Assembly (NCBI GenBank): GCA_918797485.1
Contig: CAKKNE010000005.1
Location: forward strand, 3,348,001-3,412,000
From: Pelagomonas calceolata
Taxonomy: Eukaryota
Reading direction: 5' to 3'
Length of the DNA: 64,000 bases
In this document: piece by piece, positions 11,068-22,045 of the stretch
Layout of the letters: every line of letters begins with the position of its first letter
Position numbering within the stretch: position 1 is the first letter of the stretch
The notes under the pieces: generated by a model
The model's input: only the letters and a program-made list of their open reading frames with translations
Told to the model about the DNA's origin: nothing
Databases searched by the model: none
Made by a program: the position numbers and the translations under genes

Positions 11068-12175
11068 CAGACCGTCCGTCGCCAAGCGAGCGTGGCCGAT
11101 TGGGCCACTCACCCATTTACATCGTCCGTCGCCCTCTCGACGCCGGCGCCGCCTAAGACGCCGCCGACAACTCAAGCACCGCCGCCTCGGCGCCAGCTCT
11201 CCGCTGGTGAGGGTAGTTGTAGGCCTCCCGCGACGCTATATGACATTTCCCTTCCTGATGGTGCAGGGCGCGCGTTGCTGCGTCGCGACGTCCCCAGGGG
11301 TTCTACGTGTCGAGGGCGTCCGCTACGACGCCGCCGAACGCCTTCTCCGGCTCCTAGCTTGTGCTGTAGGCAAACGGCGCTGTACGAGATTATGAGGATG
11401 GGCCCCAATCGGCGCCCGAGGATGCGTAGCTCGTCCGCCGCGGTGGTGCGGACGTCTGTCGGTTGTCGGGAGGCCATCGACGGGCTCGGCGGCCGGCGCC
11501 GGCCGCCGCTGATGGTGGTGCAGCCCCATTGGCAAAATGGTTGTCAACGCTGCGCAAAGCTAGTAAAACACTACGCTAGCTGCGGGGATCGACCGCGAGA
11601 AGGTCCCTGCGCACGCCTGCAAGCGCTGGGCAGCCAAGGCAGCCATTTGAGCACCAAAAGGAGGTCCCGAATACCCGCGTCCGAGTCACTCTAGAGTCTT
11701 TACGCCGCTGCCGCGCACAAAAATAACTTCACACGCCGAGAGTGGCCACACCCAAAAAAAACACCACCACAGCCTCCACACCACACGGATCTCGTTCTGA
11801 GCGGTCCTAGAGTGTACCGACTCGGCTGCGACCGCGGCGGCGGCCGCGCGGGCCCGCGTCGCCGTCCAGCACCGGAGGAACAAAGCCATGGGGCTCCCTG
11901 TACCGGTGCTGGGCGGCGCGCGGCGACGGCGCGGGCGCGGCGCGACTCCCGAGGCTGTGGCGGCGGCCCAGCGCTCGGAGGCGCGTCGCGTGCGGCGGTG
12001 ATGCTTGCGGCGGCGGCACGACGGGGACGCGCCGATAAGGCGTCGTCGATTTTTACGAGGAGCGGCGCAGGTCGCACCGCAGACACGCCCGACCACGCGA
12101 AGGCGGTCCCAGTAGACGCCGTCGCCCGCAAGACGCCGCGCCGACGCACCGCGCTCATTGTCGTGCCACCTAGCC

Positions 12176-14887
12176 ATGGGTAGCAGCAAGAAGCCGAGGG
12201 GGTCAAAGGCCGACCTAAAAGAAGCCGACCGGGAGTCGCGGTGCCTCGCCTTGCTCGAGGAGGTCAAGACCGCGACGCCGTTCCCGGACGGCCCGGACGA
12301 CCTGAAGAACAAGTCGTCGAAGTGGACGAACGTCGACGCCACGAACGTCCACAACATCAAGAAGATCATCGCGACGCTCACGCTCGCGGACGTGCCGACG
12401 GACGGCACATTTAGGCAGGACGGCGGCAAGGGCACCGACAGAGGTTGGATCGGCACCTACGTGCGGTTCCTGATCAACGACCTTGCGACGCAGAAGCGCA
12501 AGGCCAAGGACAAGCTCGACAAGGAGGAGAGGAAGAAGCGCGGCGAGTGCGACCTGCTCTTCGCGGACCTCGACCAGCCGGCGAGGGAGGCCGCGTGGCG
12601 GGCCGTCCTCTTCAAAGACGGAAAAGTGACGATGGGGATAAGGACCTTCGAGGCGCGGGCCGGGAACGCGAACAACTGCCAAGTCTTCTGGAAAGCCCTC
12701 AAGGAGGAGGAGAAAGCCGCGACGGTCTCCAAGGCCAAGGCCGACGGCGAGGTGCGAGAGATGACGCGCGAGGTCAAGCTGCCCGACGCCTTGGTGCCGG
12801 GCCAGGAGGACGACGGCGCGATGCCCTTCGGCGCGGGCGGCGGCGTGATGTCGGGGGCCTGGTTGATCGGCGACCTCAAGGACAAGTACATCATCGGCGT
12901 CGTCGAAAAGGCCGCCGCGCGCCGCGGCGTGTCTCTGGAGGACATGGGCGCGGACTGGGCGCGTGCTCTGTTGAAAATAAAGCGCGCGCTGGAGATGAAG
13001 CTGCGCCGCGTCGGCATGACGACGAATGCACGGTGCGTGACGACCGCCCTGACCACTGGGAGGGACTTCACCCTGCTCGGGGTGCGGGCGAGCGAGCGCG
13101 CGCTGGTGCGGCTGGTCGCAAGACTGCGCGAAGCGCCGACGCGCGACGCGCGGGACGTCGTCGCGCTCCGGGATTGGAACCGCGGCGACGCGCGGGCGTG
13201 CCTCACGGCCTGCGGCGACGCGCCGCGCGTCGGCTTCGGCGCGGCGGCCGGCGGCGTTTTAGGAGGCGGCGCGGCGTCGCGCGGCTGGCTTCAATCGGGT
13301 CGGGTCGGCGCGGCGAGACTGAGCGCCATGGCTGTTTCCGATGAAGCGCCGGCGTCGTTGGGCGACGCCTACCAGGGCTACGACTGGGCGCGGGCGGTTG
13401 TGGAGAGCGCCTCGAAGTCTAGTTCCGCGTCGCGCGAGCCGCTCGTGGTGATGACGGACACTGGCTCTGAGGTCTCTCTGGATCTCAGAAGCCCGACCTT
13501 CCTGGCGGACTACGCGCGGCTCTTCTCTCGGAACCTCGGCGAGGTTCCAGCGATCAACGCCGCTTTAGATAAGCTCGGGCTCCACGAGACGCCGGGGGGC
13601 GAAGGCGGGCTGTGCTTGCTGGATTGGGGTCTGATGGCGTTCGACCCGCTGACGGGCAAGGGCGTGGCTGGACCTTTCATCGAGACGTGCGAGGACATCG
13701 ACGCCGAGGAGTCGAAGAAGAAGGAGATAGGGGCCCAGGGCAAGTTCTACGCCCCGAAGATTTTGCATCTCGCTCTGCAAAAGGCGATTCTGTCGGGGAA
13801 GCTCCACTTCGAGCGCGACATGCTGACCCTCTTCTACTGCATCTTTGGGAAGCTCTTCTTCGCCTTGCTCTTCTACGCGGGCCGCATCACGATGCTCAAG
13901 GCGCGGGCCATGGGCTTCGACCCGACGCTGGTCCCTCTGGAGCTGCCGTGCGAGGACCTCCCGATGGTGGACCCCTCGATCGCGAAGCGCTTCCCGAACG
14001 GCATCGTCATCGAGTCGAGCGACCACCTGCTCCCGATCCTCCACGCGACGAACGACAAGTTCTTCGACGAGGGCAAGTGCGTCCTCTGGGCGCTGGCCTT
14101 CGCCGCCTACTACGGCGCCGACCACCCGCTCGCGCGGGCCGCGCTCGCCGCGGTCGGCGCGCGCAAGGACGACCACGAGCGCGCCGCGTCGCGCGTCGCG
14201 GCGTGCAAGAAGGCGATCGACGCGCTCGCGACGGGCGGCGGCTCGTCGGCGCGGTCCCGGACCGCCGCCCCGGCACTGCCGCCGCCGCCGCCGCCCGTGA
14301 TGAAGCGCTGCGGTGGGTGTGCGCCCTGCCGCAGAAAAGACGGCTCCCCCTGCAACAACCCGGTCCCGCGCGGGCCGGTGCAAGGCCTCGCGGCGACGGA
14401 CGGCGCGGCGGCGGCGGCGCCTTTCCTCAAGTTCCCGTCGCTCGAAGCCGCTCTCGATGCGGCGAAGACGCCGCTCACGTTCCAGATCCGGTTCGCGGTT
14501 CCCGCCACGGGCCCTGGCGAGCCGCCCATGACCAAGTGGTACTCGATCGGCGACTTCGCTCCTGTGATGAATGTGCTCTCGAGCTACAGAAATTGGGATG
14601 CTGTTAGATCGAACCACTCATGGGTCCTCGAGTCGGAGACGTGCCGCGCCATGGAGGCCGCCGCGTGCGCGTCCTCCGCGATCTTCGCCGGCATGCGCAT
14701 CACGGAGATCGCGCCGCCGCATTCGGTCGCCCACGTGTTCGACCCGACAAAAGAGTGCAAGCACGACCAGACCTACACGATCTGGGCGGGCGTCGACTTC
14801 GAGATCATGCTGCCCGGCGGCCGCGTCATCTCGAAGTCCGAGTTCCTGCTCCAGGAGCTCGAGAAGTACATGGCGGCGCGCGCCTAG
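12176..14887 (+). CDS. orphan ~900-aa protein with CxxC-finger-like motif
   Basis: Long ORF with strong GC3 bias and a KRCGGCAPCRRKDGSPC motif. The segment ~13030-13325 may be an intron or a gene boundary. Confidence 0.7.
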   Translation: MGSSKKPRGSKADLKEADRESRCLALLEEVKTATPFPDGPDDLKNKSSKWTNVDATNVHNIKKIIATLTLADVPTDGTFRQDGGKGTDRGWIGTYVRFLINDLATQKRKAKDKLDKEERKKRGECDLLFADLDQPAREAAWRAVLFKDGKVTMGIRTFEARAGNANNCQVFWKALKEEEKAATVSKAKADGEVREMTREVKLPDALVPGQEDDGAMPFGAGGGVMSGAWLIGDLKDKYIIGVVEKAAARRGVSLEDMGADWARALLKIKRALEMKLRRVGMTTNARCVTTALTTGRDFTLLGVRASERALVRLVARLREAPTRDARDVVALRDWNRGDARACLTACGDAPRVGFGAAAGGVLGGGAASRGWLQSGRVGAARLSAMAVSDEAPASLGDAYQGYDWARAVVESASKSSSASREPLVVMTDTGSEVSLDLRSPTFLADYARLFSRNLGEVPAINAALDKLGLHETPGGEGGLCLLDWGLMAFDPLTGKGVAGPFIETCEDIDAEESKKKEIGAQGKFYAPKILHLALQKAILSGKLHFERDMLTLFYCIFGKLFFALLFYAGRITMLKARAMGFDPTLVPLELPCEDLPMVDPSIAKRFPNGIVIESSDHLLPILHATNDKFFDEGKCVLWALAFAAYYGADHPLARAALAAVGARKDDHERAASRVAACKKAIDALATGGGSSARSRTAAPALPPPPPPVMKRCGGCAPCRRKDGSPCNNPVPRGPVQGLAATDGAAAAAPFLKFPSLEAALDAAKTPLTFQIRFAVPATGPGEPPMTKWYSIGDFAPVMNVLSSYRNWDAVRSNHSWVLESETCRAMEAAACASSAIFAGMRITEIAPPHSVAHVFDPTKECKHDQTYTIWAGVDFEIMLPGGRVISKSEFLLQELEKYMAARA

Positions 14888-14988
14888 CTTGGGGCGCATG
14901 TGCTTCTGTTCTAAGTCAAGATTTCCTCAAAGTTTGTAGATAGTTAAATAGGATTACCATTCGCCCCGCCGCGTACATCCGAGTCGAC

Positions 14989-17900
14989 CTAGAGCAATTT
15001 AAAAGTCTTGCAGAGCCGCTGCTGCTTCAGGGCCCGTTGGTCGGCCTCATCGTCCGTCGCGTTCATGCGTTTCGTGACCAGGTCGAGGGCGATGTGCTCG
15101 TGCGTGCCGGCCACCGCCAGCACGTGGACCGCGACCGATCTTTTTTGCCCGATGCGGTGGACCCGACCAATCGCCTGGCGGAACGCGGCGAGGTCGAGGA
15201 GCGGCTCGAAGAAGACGGCTCGCGACGCCTGGGTCAAATTGAGACCTACGCCGCCCGCGGCGACAGTCGTCACGAGCACGGTCCAATCGCCGGCAATCGC
15301 CTTGTCTCGCTTCGCACGCGATGCCGCACCGGTGAACGACGCCGCGGCCACTCCGGCGGTTTCTAGGGCAGCAACTACGAGCGGCACGCTCTCGGCCTGG
15401 TCGCAGAAGACAATCGCCTTCCGGTCATCTTGCGTTACTAATCTCACGACCTGTGTGGAAGTAAAAATTTACGGTGCGTTCGTGCAAAATCATCGACGCA
15501 ACGCCTGCTCGATGACGTGGTGATGCCGGTTCCTCACCGCTCGACCGAGCCAGGACGGCCGCGTCATCGCCGAGAAATGAGCACCCGACGCACTGGTTGA
15601 TTTCCACACAGCTCGCGACTTCCTCGGCCTTGGCCTTGGCCGGTGCCAGGTAGGCCTCGTTGACTGCGGCCTTCTCCGCGGCGCGCCGCGCGGCTCTCTG
15701 TCGCGCGCGTGTCAGCGCGAAGTTGCGGACGGCCACGGACCAGCGCCCGCCCTGCGGCACATCCAATACATCGTCCTCGAGGTCCAACAGGTCCTCGGCG
15801 CAGAAGCGACCCTTGCACGCGGGGCACACGACCGACGCGAGCGTGCGGTGGGGCCGCGCCACGGAAATGGGCGGCACCTCGTCCTCGTAGTGGGAGAAGT
15901 CCGCGCCAGGAAAGACTTCTGTTGCGTCCTTGCCGTGTAACGCCTGGGCCGCCCGGTCCTCCTGCTCGCGCGACGCCAGGATCACCTTCGCGCGCGGGTC
16001 CTTGCCGTACTCGACGGATAAACGGACCTCCGGGCGCGAGTCACAGTACGGAGCAAACAATCTCTCCAGCGCCTCCGTGGCCCGTCGTTGATCGGCGTAG
16101 TTATGTAAACCGGAGGGGAAGCCGCCCGTGACCATGAGGTAGGGCCGGTCCCGGACGACGTCGTCGGCCTTGAGCTGGTCGTCGGGAACGGCGTACTGAA
16201 CGCCCTCCACGGTCTCGGAGGTGGACTTGCACCTCTCGAAGAGGCTCTCGACGCAATCGCCGCAGAACAGGTGCCCGCACGTCGCCGGCGCGCGCGGCGC
16301 CAAGCTCCCAACGTTCGTCCGCAAACAACACACGCAGCGCCGCTCCGTCCCGCGGCTCCGCAGGTTCTCGTCGAGGTCGCGGCGGAACGCGTGCAGGTCC
16401 TGCGTCGCGACCGTGTCGGCCGTGGCCTCGGCGTCCGGCCGCCGCGGCACGTTGACGGGCAATTTATCCAAATTCGAGGCGCCCGCGATGGAGTCGTGCT
16501 TGTGGCGCTCCGCGGGATCGACGCCCGCGCACAACCAATCCAGCGGCTTCAGCGCTTGCGCGGCGGCGTGGAGCCGGCACTCCGGCTGCTTCTTCGCCGC
16601 CAGCTTGTCGAAGAGGTCGCTCTTCACGTGGACGGCGCGGTCGTCGCGCGCTTCTAGTGGAGGCAGGGCGACCAAGGCGGCCCCGTCGCGCTCCGCGTTC
16701 TTCGAGTGGCGCACGACCAGAGGTTTGAGTAACGAGCACATGACCTCCGCCGTCGAGTTGAAGGGCGAGAGCCAGTTGTTGGCCAGGATGCAGCGGAAGT
16801 AGTTCAATGATAATAACTCGGGCGCCAATCTCAAAAAGACGAGCGGCCCCAACAAATCAAATAAGGAGTTCGTGACCGGCGTGCCCGTGACGCACCACCT
16901 ATGAGGCGCGTCGACCGCCGCCGTCACGGACACAGCTGGCGAGAAGTTAATGGCGTTCGCCGTGGGCCGGGCCGTCAAGTGCGCGTGGGGCTCATCCAAG
17001 CAGACGCGCCAGAACTCGACGTCGTCTCCTAGAGCACCCGCGGCGGCGTAGGCGCAAAGGATCAAATCAGCTTCCCGGGCGCCGCGCTGTCGTAACACGC
17101 CGTCCGTGGCCTGGAGGCCGTACTCGAGCACTTTTAATTGAGGCGCGCGGTGGCGGCACTCGCGCGCCCACTGGCTCAAGAGCGAGGGAGGCGCTATTAC
17201 GAGAGTGGCCTTGATACGTCTTCTAGACGCCGCGACCCATGCTACGGGTGCCGGGTGCGCCAGCGTCAGACATATAACCTCGAGCGTCTTGCCGAGGCCC
17301 ATGTCCTCCGCTAAAAAACCTCCCCGATGTTTCCGCGCGACGGGCGACCGGAAGTAGCACCGCACGTCTGCTTTAGCTCTCTGCTGGGCGCGTTCGGCCT
17401 CCGTGCCGCCGCCCTTGGGCCAGTCGTGCCGGAAGCGCGGCGCCGGCAGCGTGACGACGGCGAGGTCCTTCGAGAAACTCGACGAGAAGAGGTCCTCCAT
17501 GGATCTCGATGACGTCTCGCGCGCGACCAGCCACGCTATCGTTTCTCTCTGGTAGTCGCCTAATTCAACACCCTCCAGCAAACCGTCTCCATTTTTGGGG
17601 CCGCCCTCGGTCTCCAAGGCGTCGGCGAGCCCATCGCACGTCCTTAGTGACGACCACTTGGCCCTTTGTGCCCTAGGCGGCAGGTCGAGCCCACTGGTCT
17701 TGAGAGAGAGGGCTACGGTAGTGTCGGTGGCTCGTAGTACGCTGCCGACGGCGTCCTCGATGCCGGCGTGGCCGTCCGCGTAGTGGCCGCCGCGGTGCTC
17801 GACCATCGCCGCGTTGACCGTGGCCTCGGCAGAACAGGAGACGATGGTCTCGCCCTTTTCCGTCGCGGCCATGGCTTGTGGCGTCGCCGTCGCCGCGATG

Positions 17901-18454
17901 AGCTGGCCGCCGCCTGCTCTAAGGATCGAGTCCAGCGCCGGCGCCGCTTTTCTTAGCGCCGCGAGCCCGGCGCCTGACGCCGCGCGCCCGACTTCCAAGT
18001 GTTGGGCGTCCGCGTCGGCGATGACGCAGGCGCAATTGATCTTGGCCGTGCGGCCCTGGCCCAAAGGAGCCGCCTCGGCCTTGTCGTGGGCCCAGACGCG
18101 TGTTTGATACGACACCTCGGCAGCATGGCGGGCCGCGGTCGCGTCCTTGGCCTGCTGGAGCTTCTCGGCCTTCACCACAATCTCCTTCGGCGCCGTCGCC
18201 GGCTCGTGGACCAGCGGCGCCGCGGCGGCGTCGTCCAGGGCGTCCACATCGATGATGTCTCCTGCGGCCTCGGCCGCTCGGATGGCCTCGCGCGCGCGCG
18301 TCTCGGGGTCGACGACGTGGTCGATCTCGACTTGCTGCGAATCCCCTTCCGGCGTCACGACGCGCTCGAGCTCGTCCGGCTTCAGGCGCTTGTTCGCCGG
18401 CGTGCCGTCGCTCGGCTCGGGCTTGACGCGTTTTAGCGTGGTTGCTTCTTGCAT
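14989..18454 (-). CDS. SNF2-family (Rad5/Rad16-like) helicase with RING finger; one intron 15451-15619
   Basis: GGFLAEDMGLGKT, TLVIAPPSLLSQW, RVCLDEPH, RWCVTGTP, GVGLNLTQA and QAIGRVHRIGQ motifs. Splicing gives KAEE|VVRLVTQDDRKAIVF in frame. Confidence 0.9.
15451..15619 (-). mobile_element. introner intron (TIR + 8-bp TSD)
   Basis: TIR CTGTGTGGAA...TTCCACACAG (15451-15611). TSD GTCGCGAG/GTCGTGAG. The GT donor lies in the TSD and the AG comes from the TIR end. Confidence 0.9.
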
Positions 18455-18637
18455 CTTTTTGCCCCTCATGCTGTGGCAGGGCGGTTTTGCAGTGTGGAGC
18501 CGCGCAGTGGTGCTTTTGGGCTGGCGCGCGGCTGAGAGATCGTCTCCTTTGCAATATGCAGTGCTCGTACGGCTCTGGCAAAGCGCGCTGACGCCGCAGT
18601 GTGGCACACTGGTTCAAAACCAAGGAGAGCGGCGGCT

Positions 18638-18662
18638 TTCTAGTGTCTTACTTGCCGCTAGG
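18638..18662 (+). promoter_or_regulatory. copy of 25-bp upstream motif
   Basis: TTCTAGTGTCTTACTTGCCGCTAGG between divergent starts. Confidence 0.55.
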
Positions 18663-18820
18663 TAACAGTTTTAGCCACACAATTCTTCTCGCGCACCGAT
18701 CCTTCGTGAGCCCGCCCCACGTGTCTTTCGCGCGACGAGTCGCGCTCAGCAAATCGGTGCCAAATTACAAATCAGTTGGTGTGTGTTGTCAAAGACAGAC
18801 AGTGCATCCTATCAACCACC

Positions 18821-19216
18821 ATGGGCTGCCCCCGCACGGTCTACGTCTTCTTGCTCCTCTCCAGCTACTTCGTGCTGGCCGAGGCGGGCCGCGGCCGCCA
18901 AGCGTTAGAAGAAATCAAGAGGAGGCAAACGCAGGCGCGCAGGTCGATGGAGGAGCGCGTCCAGCGGGCGAACCGCCAGCGGCCAAACAACGGCAAGCCG
19001 CGCAAGAATCCCGCCGCCAAAGTCGCCGCCGCCGCGTCTGCCACCGCGAACGTGGCCGCGGCGGCCGCCTTCGACGGCGCCTTCACGGCCGAGGAGGCGA
19101 CCGTCCCCGCCGCCGCGCCGCCGACGACGCAGCCGACGGACGTGCTCGTGGACTTGAGGGCGAGACTCGCGAACCTGCGCCGCGACATTGCCGCGCACTC
19201 CGCCGCCCGCGCATGA
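18821..19216 (+). CDS. small signal-peptide protein of unknown function
   Basis: N-terminal signal peptide (VYVFLLLSSYFVLA) and GC3 bias. Confidence 0.6.
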   Translation: MGCPRTVYVFLLLSSYFVLAEAGRGRQALEEIKRRQTQARRSMEERVQRANRQRPNNGKPRKNPAAKVAAAASATANVAAAAAFDGAFTAEEATVPAAAPPTTQPTDVLVDLRARLANLRRDIAAHSAARA

Positions 19217-19524
19217 TGCGGACACGTCGCTCGGTCCCCCGGCACAAGGCCACATCCGCCGCGGTGCGGTACCTGCTCGAGGTCTTCCCAAGAAACCACA
19301 GTCTCGCGGAGCCAGGCAAGAACAGCCCAAGTACCGCCCCACACGCCGTCGCCGTCGATGCGGTGAGCGTAATTGTACTCGTATACTACTTCTAGTACTA
19401 GAATCGACTTCCCCATACCTGGGCCATACGCCGGGCGCTAGCCGGGCGCCACCGCGGCACCGCCCCGGGCCCGTAGAAGTAATCAATCTACTAGTATTAC
19501 GGCGGAAATACGGACGAAAGAGAC

Positions 19525-21717
19525 CTAGACGGCCGGCACCGTCGCGCGGTCCATGAGCTTGTTCACCGTGCCGACGATGTGCTTCGCGTTGAGGCCCGCC
19601 TGGTCGTACTGCTGGAACTGCGTCGCCGTCTCGATGAAGCTGTCGGGAAGGACCATGGGCCGGAACTTCAGCTTGCCGTCATCGAGCGCGCCTTCCAACG
19701 CCAGGAAGTGCAAGACGTAGTCGCCAAATCCTAAGACCGAGTTCTCCTCGATCGTGATCAACACGTCGTTCTCGGAAGCGAGCTTGCGCACGAGATCAAT
19801 GTCCAGCGGCTTCATGAACCGCGCGTCCGCTACGGTCACGGCGATGTCGTCATTCGTGCCCTCGATCTCGGCCGCGGCCTCGCACGACGCCGCGAGTCGC
19901 GTGCCCAAGGACAAGATGGCGACCTTTTTGGAGGCACCAGCTCGACCCTCCTTGATGATCCGACCTTTGCCCATCGGCAGGACCTCGCCGGCCTCCGGCA
20001 TTTCTTTCAGGTTCAGGCCGAAGAGATCATTCAATTTCTCGAGGCCGTAGCCCGTGCCGCGCGGGTAGCGCACGACAGAAGGTTTATCGTCAATCGCCGC
20101 GGCGGTAGCCACCATGTTGATCAAATCCACTTCTTCCGCAGGAGCCATGATCACGAGGTTCGGCATGCATCCTAAATAAGTCAAATCGAAGCTACCGTGG
20201 TGCGTCGGGCCGTCGTTTCCTACCAAACCGGCCCTATCCAGGATAAACCGAACCGGCAGGTTCTGGATCACGACGTCGTGGACCAATTGGTCATAGCCGC
20301 GCTGCATGAACGTCGAATAAATGCAGCAGAAGGGTTTGAGGCCTTCTACCGCTAATCCAGCGGCAAATGTGACGGCGTGCTGCTCCGCGATGCCCACGTC
20401 GTACGTCCGCTTCGGGAACCGCCGCCCGAAGATGTCCATGCCCGTGCCGCCGGGCATCGCCGCCGTGATGCCGATGATGTCGCGATCCGTCTCTGCTATT
20501 CTACAGAGCTCGTTCGCGAAGACCGACGTTAACGAGGACGGTTTGGGCGGCGCCCCGGCAGGAGCAGGCGCCCCTTTGAACTGCTTGCCCGTGGCCACGT
20601 CGAATTTCGCCACGCCGTGCATCTTGTCCGACGCCGTCATCGCCGGCTGGTAGCCGTAACCCTTCTCCGTTTTTAGGTGTAATAGTACGGGCTTGTTCGA
20701 CGGCGTATCCCGCAGATTCTCCAAGATCGGCACGAGGTTGTCCAAGTCGTGGCCGTCGACCGGACCGATGTAGTAGAAGCCGAGCTCCTCGAAGAGCGTG
20801 CCGCCCGTGACGATGCCGCGCGCGTACTCGTCGATCTTGGCGTTGATCTGCTGGATCTCCTCGGGGAACAACGACGAGATGCCTTTTGCTACTTGGCGGA
20901 AGTCCGCGAAAGGTTTGGAAGAGATCAATCGAGACGTGTAGGCCGACAAAGCACCAGACGGCACGACGCCGCCGGCGGAAGGAGTACCGGTAGGCAAGGA
21001 CACCTGCCCGTTGTCGTTGAGGACGGTGATCATGCGCGCCTGCAAATAATTGGCATTGTTCATCGCCTCGAACGCCATGCCGCCCGTGATCGCGCCGTCG
21101 CCGATGACCGCGATGCAGTTGTTCTGCTGCTTGCCCTTCTGGGACTTGCCTACGGACATGCCGAGGGCGGCGGAGATGGAGGTCGTCGAGTGGCCCGCGC
21201 CGAAGCAGTCGTATTCGCTCTCCGCTCGTTTCTGGAATCCCGACAGGCCGCCCTGCTGGCGAAGGGTGCCCATTCTAGATCTACGTCCTGTGAGGATCTT
21301 GTGCGGGTAGCACTGGTGGGAGACGTCCCACAGTATTCTATCCTCCGGCGCGTCGAAGACTTTGTGGAGGGCTACGGTCAGCTCGACGACGCCTAACGAG
21401 CTACCAAGGTGGCCGCCGGTCTTCGAGACGGCCCGAATCGTATCCCAACGTAATTCATGAGCGAGCTGTTTGAGCTCCGGGAGCGACAAGCCGTTCATGT
21501 CGCGCGGCTCCACGACGCTGTCGAGGATGGGCGTGCGCTCGGGCCCCGTGTAGAAGCCGGGCGGGCCGCCCATGTCGTAGGCCGACCGCTGGACGCTGGC
21601 GCGCGCTGTTCGCGCGACGGGAGCGACGAGCGAGGCCGCGGGCGCGCAGCACGCTATCGTCGATAGCGCGACGCGCAGGCGCCGTCTCGTCCTATTTCGC
21701 TGAGACCCGCGAGCCAT
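19525..21717 (-). CDS. DXS: 1-deoxy-D-xylulose-5-phosphate synthase (plastid MEP pathway)
   Basis: [54 protein letters not shown] and [15 protein letters not shown] motifs, plus a bipartite presequence. Confidence 0.97.
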   Translation of the reverse strand: MARGSQRNRTRRRLRVALSTIACCAPAASLVAPVARTARASVQRSAYDMGGPPGFYTGPERTPILDSVVEPRDMNGLSLPELKQLAHELRWDTIRAVSKTGGHLGSSLGVVELTVALHKVFDAPEDRILWDVSHQCYPHKILTGRRSRMGTLRQQGGLSGFQKRAESEYDCFGAGHSTTSISAALGMSVGKSQKGKQQNNCIAVIGDGAITGGMAFEAMNNANYLQARMITVLNDNGQVSLPTGTPSAGGVVPSGALSAYTSRLISSKPFADFRQVAKGISSLFPEEIQQINAKIDEYARGIVTGGTLFEELGFYYIGPVDGHDLDNLVPILENLRDTPSNKPVLLHLKTEKGYGYQPAMTASDKMHGVAKFDVATGKQFKGAPAPAGAPPKPSSLTSVFANELCRIAETDRDIIGITAAMPGGTGMDIFGRRFPKRTYDVGIAEQHAVTFAAGLAVEGLKPFCCIYSTFMQRGYDQLVHDVVIQNLPVRFILDRAGLVGNDGPTHHGSFDLTYLGCMPNLVIMAPAEEVDLINMVATAAAIDDKPSVVRYPRGTGYGLEKLNDLFGLNLKEMPEAGEVLPMGKGRIIKEGRAGASKKVAILSLGTRLAASCEAAAEIEGTNDDIAVTVADARFMKPLDIDLVRKLASENDVLITIEENSVLGFGDYVLHFLALEGALDDGKLKFRPMVLPDSFIETATQFQQYDQAGLNAKHIVGTVNKLMDRATVPAV

Positions 21718-22045
21718 GATGCTGGCACGCTGCTACGAGCTGTGCTGGCTTGCTGACAGCTCGTCGACGAGCTGTGAGCTTGTGTCAGCCCTTCACCGCG
21801 GCGAATAAGCGGTAGATAAGCGCCGCACCCTCGACGACGCGGTCATCAAGTAAGGCTAGTAGCTCCAATGTCCGAACATGATTCGTCGCTCGCGTCTGAG
21901 ACCTCTCCTCAAGCGCCGGGGGTGCTCGAAAACCGGAGTTGGGGGGTCGTCTGGTGTCTTGGGGGCAATTAGGTACTTTTTTGAGGTTCGCGTTCGTCGA
22001 CGACGCTGCCACACCTCGAAAGGAATCAACACAAACACAAAAAAC

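Noticed and set aside
11068..14936. TIR transposon or Helitron explaining the orphan insert
   Set aside because: No convincing terminal inverted repeats, terminal hairpin, or transposase/Rep-helicase motifs.
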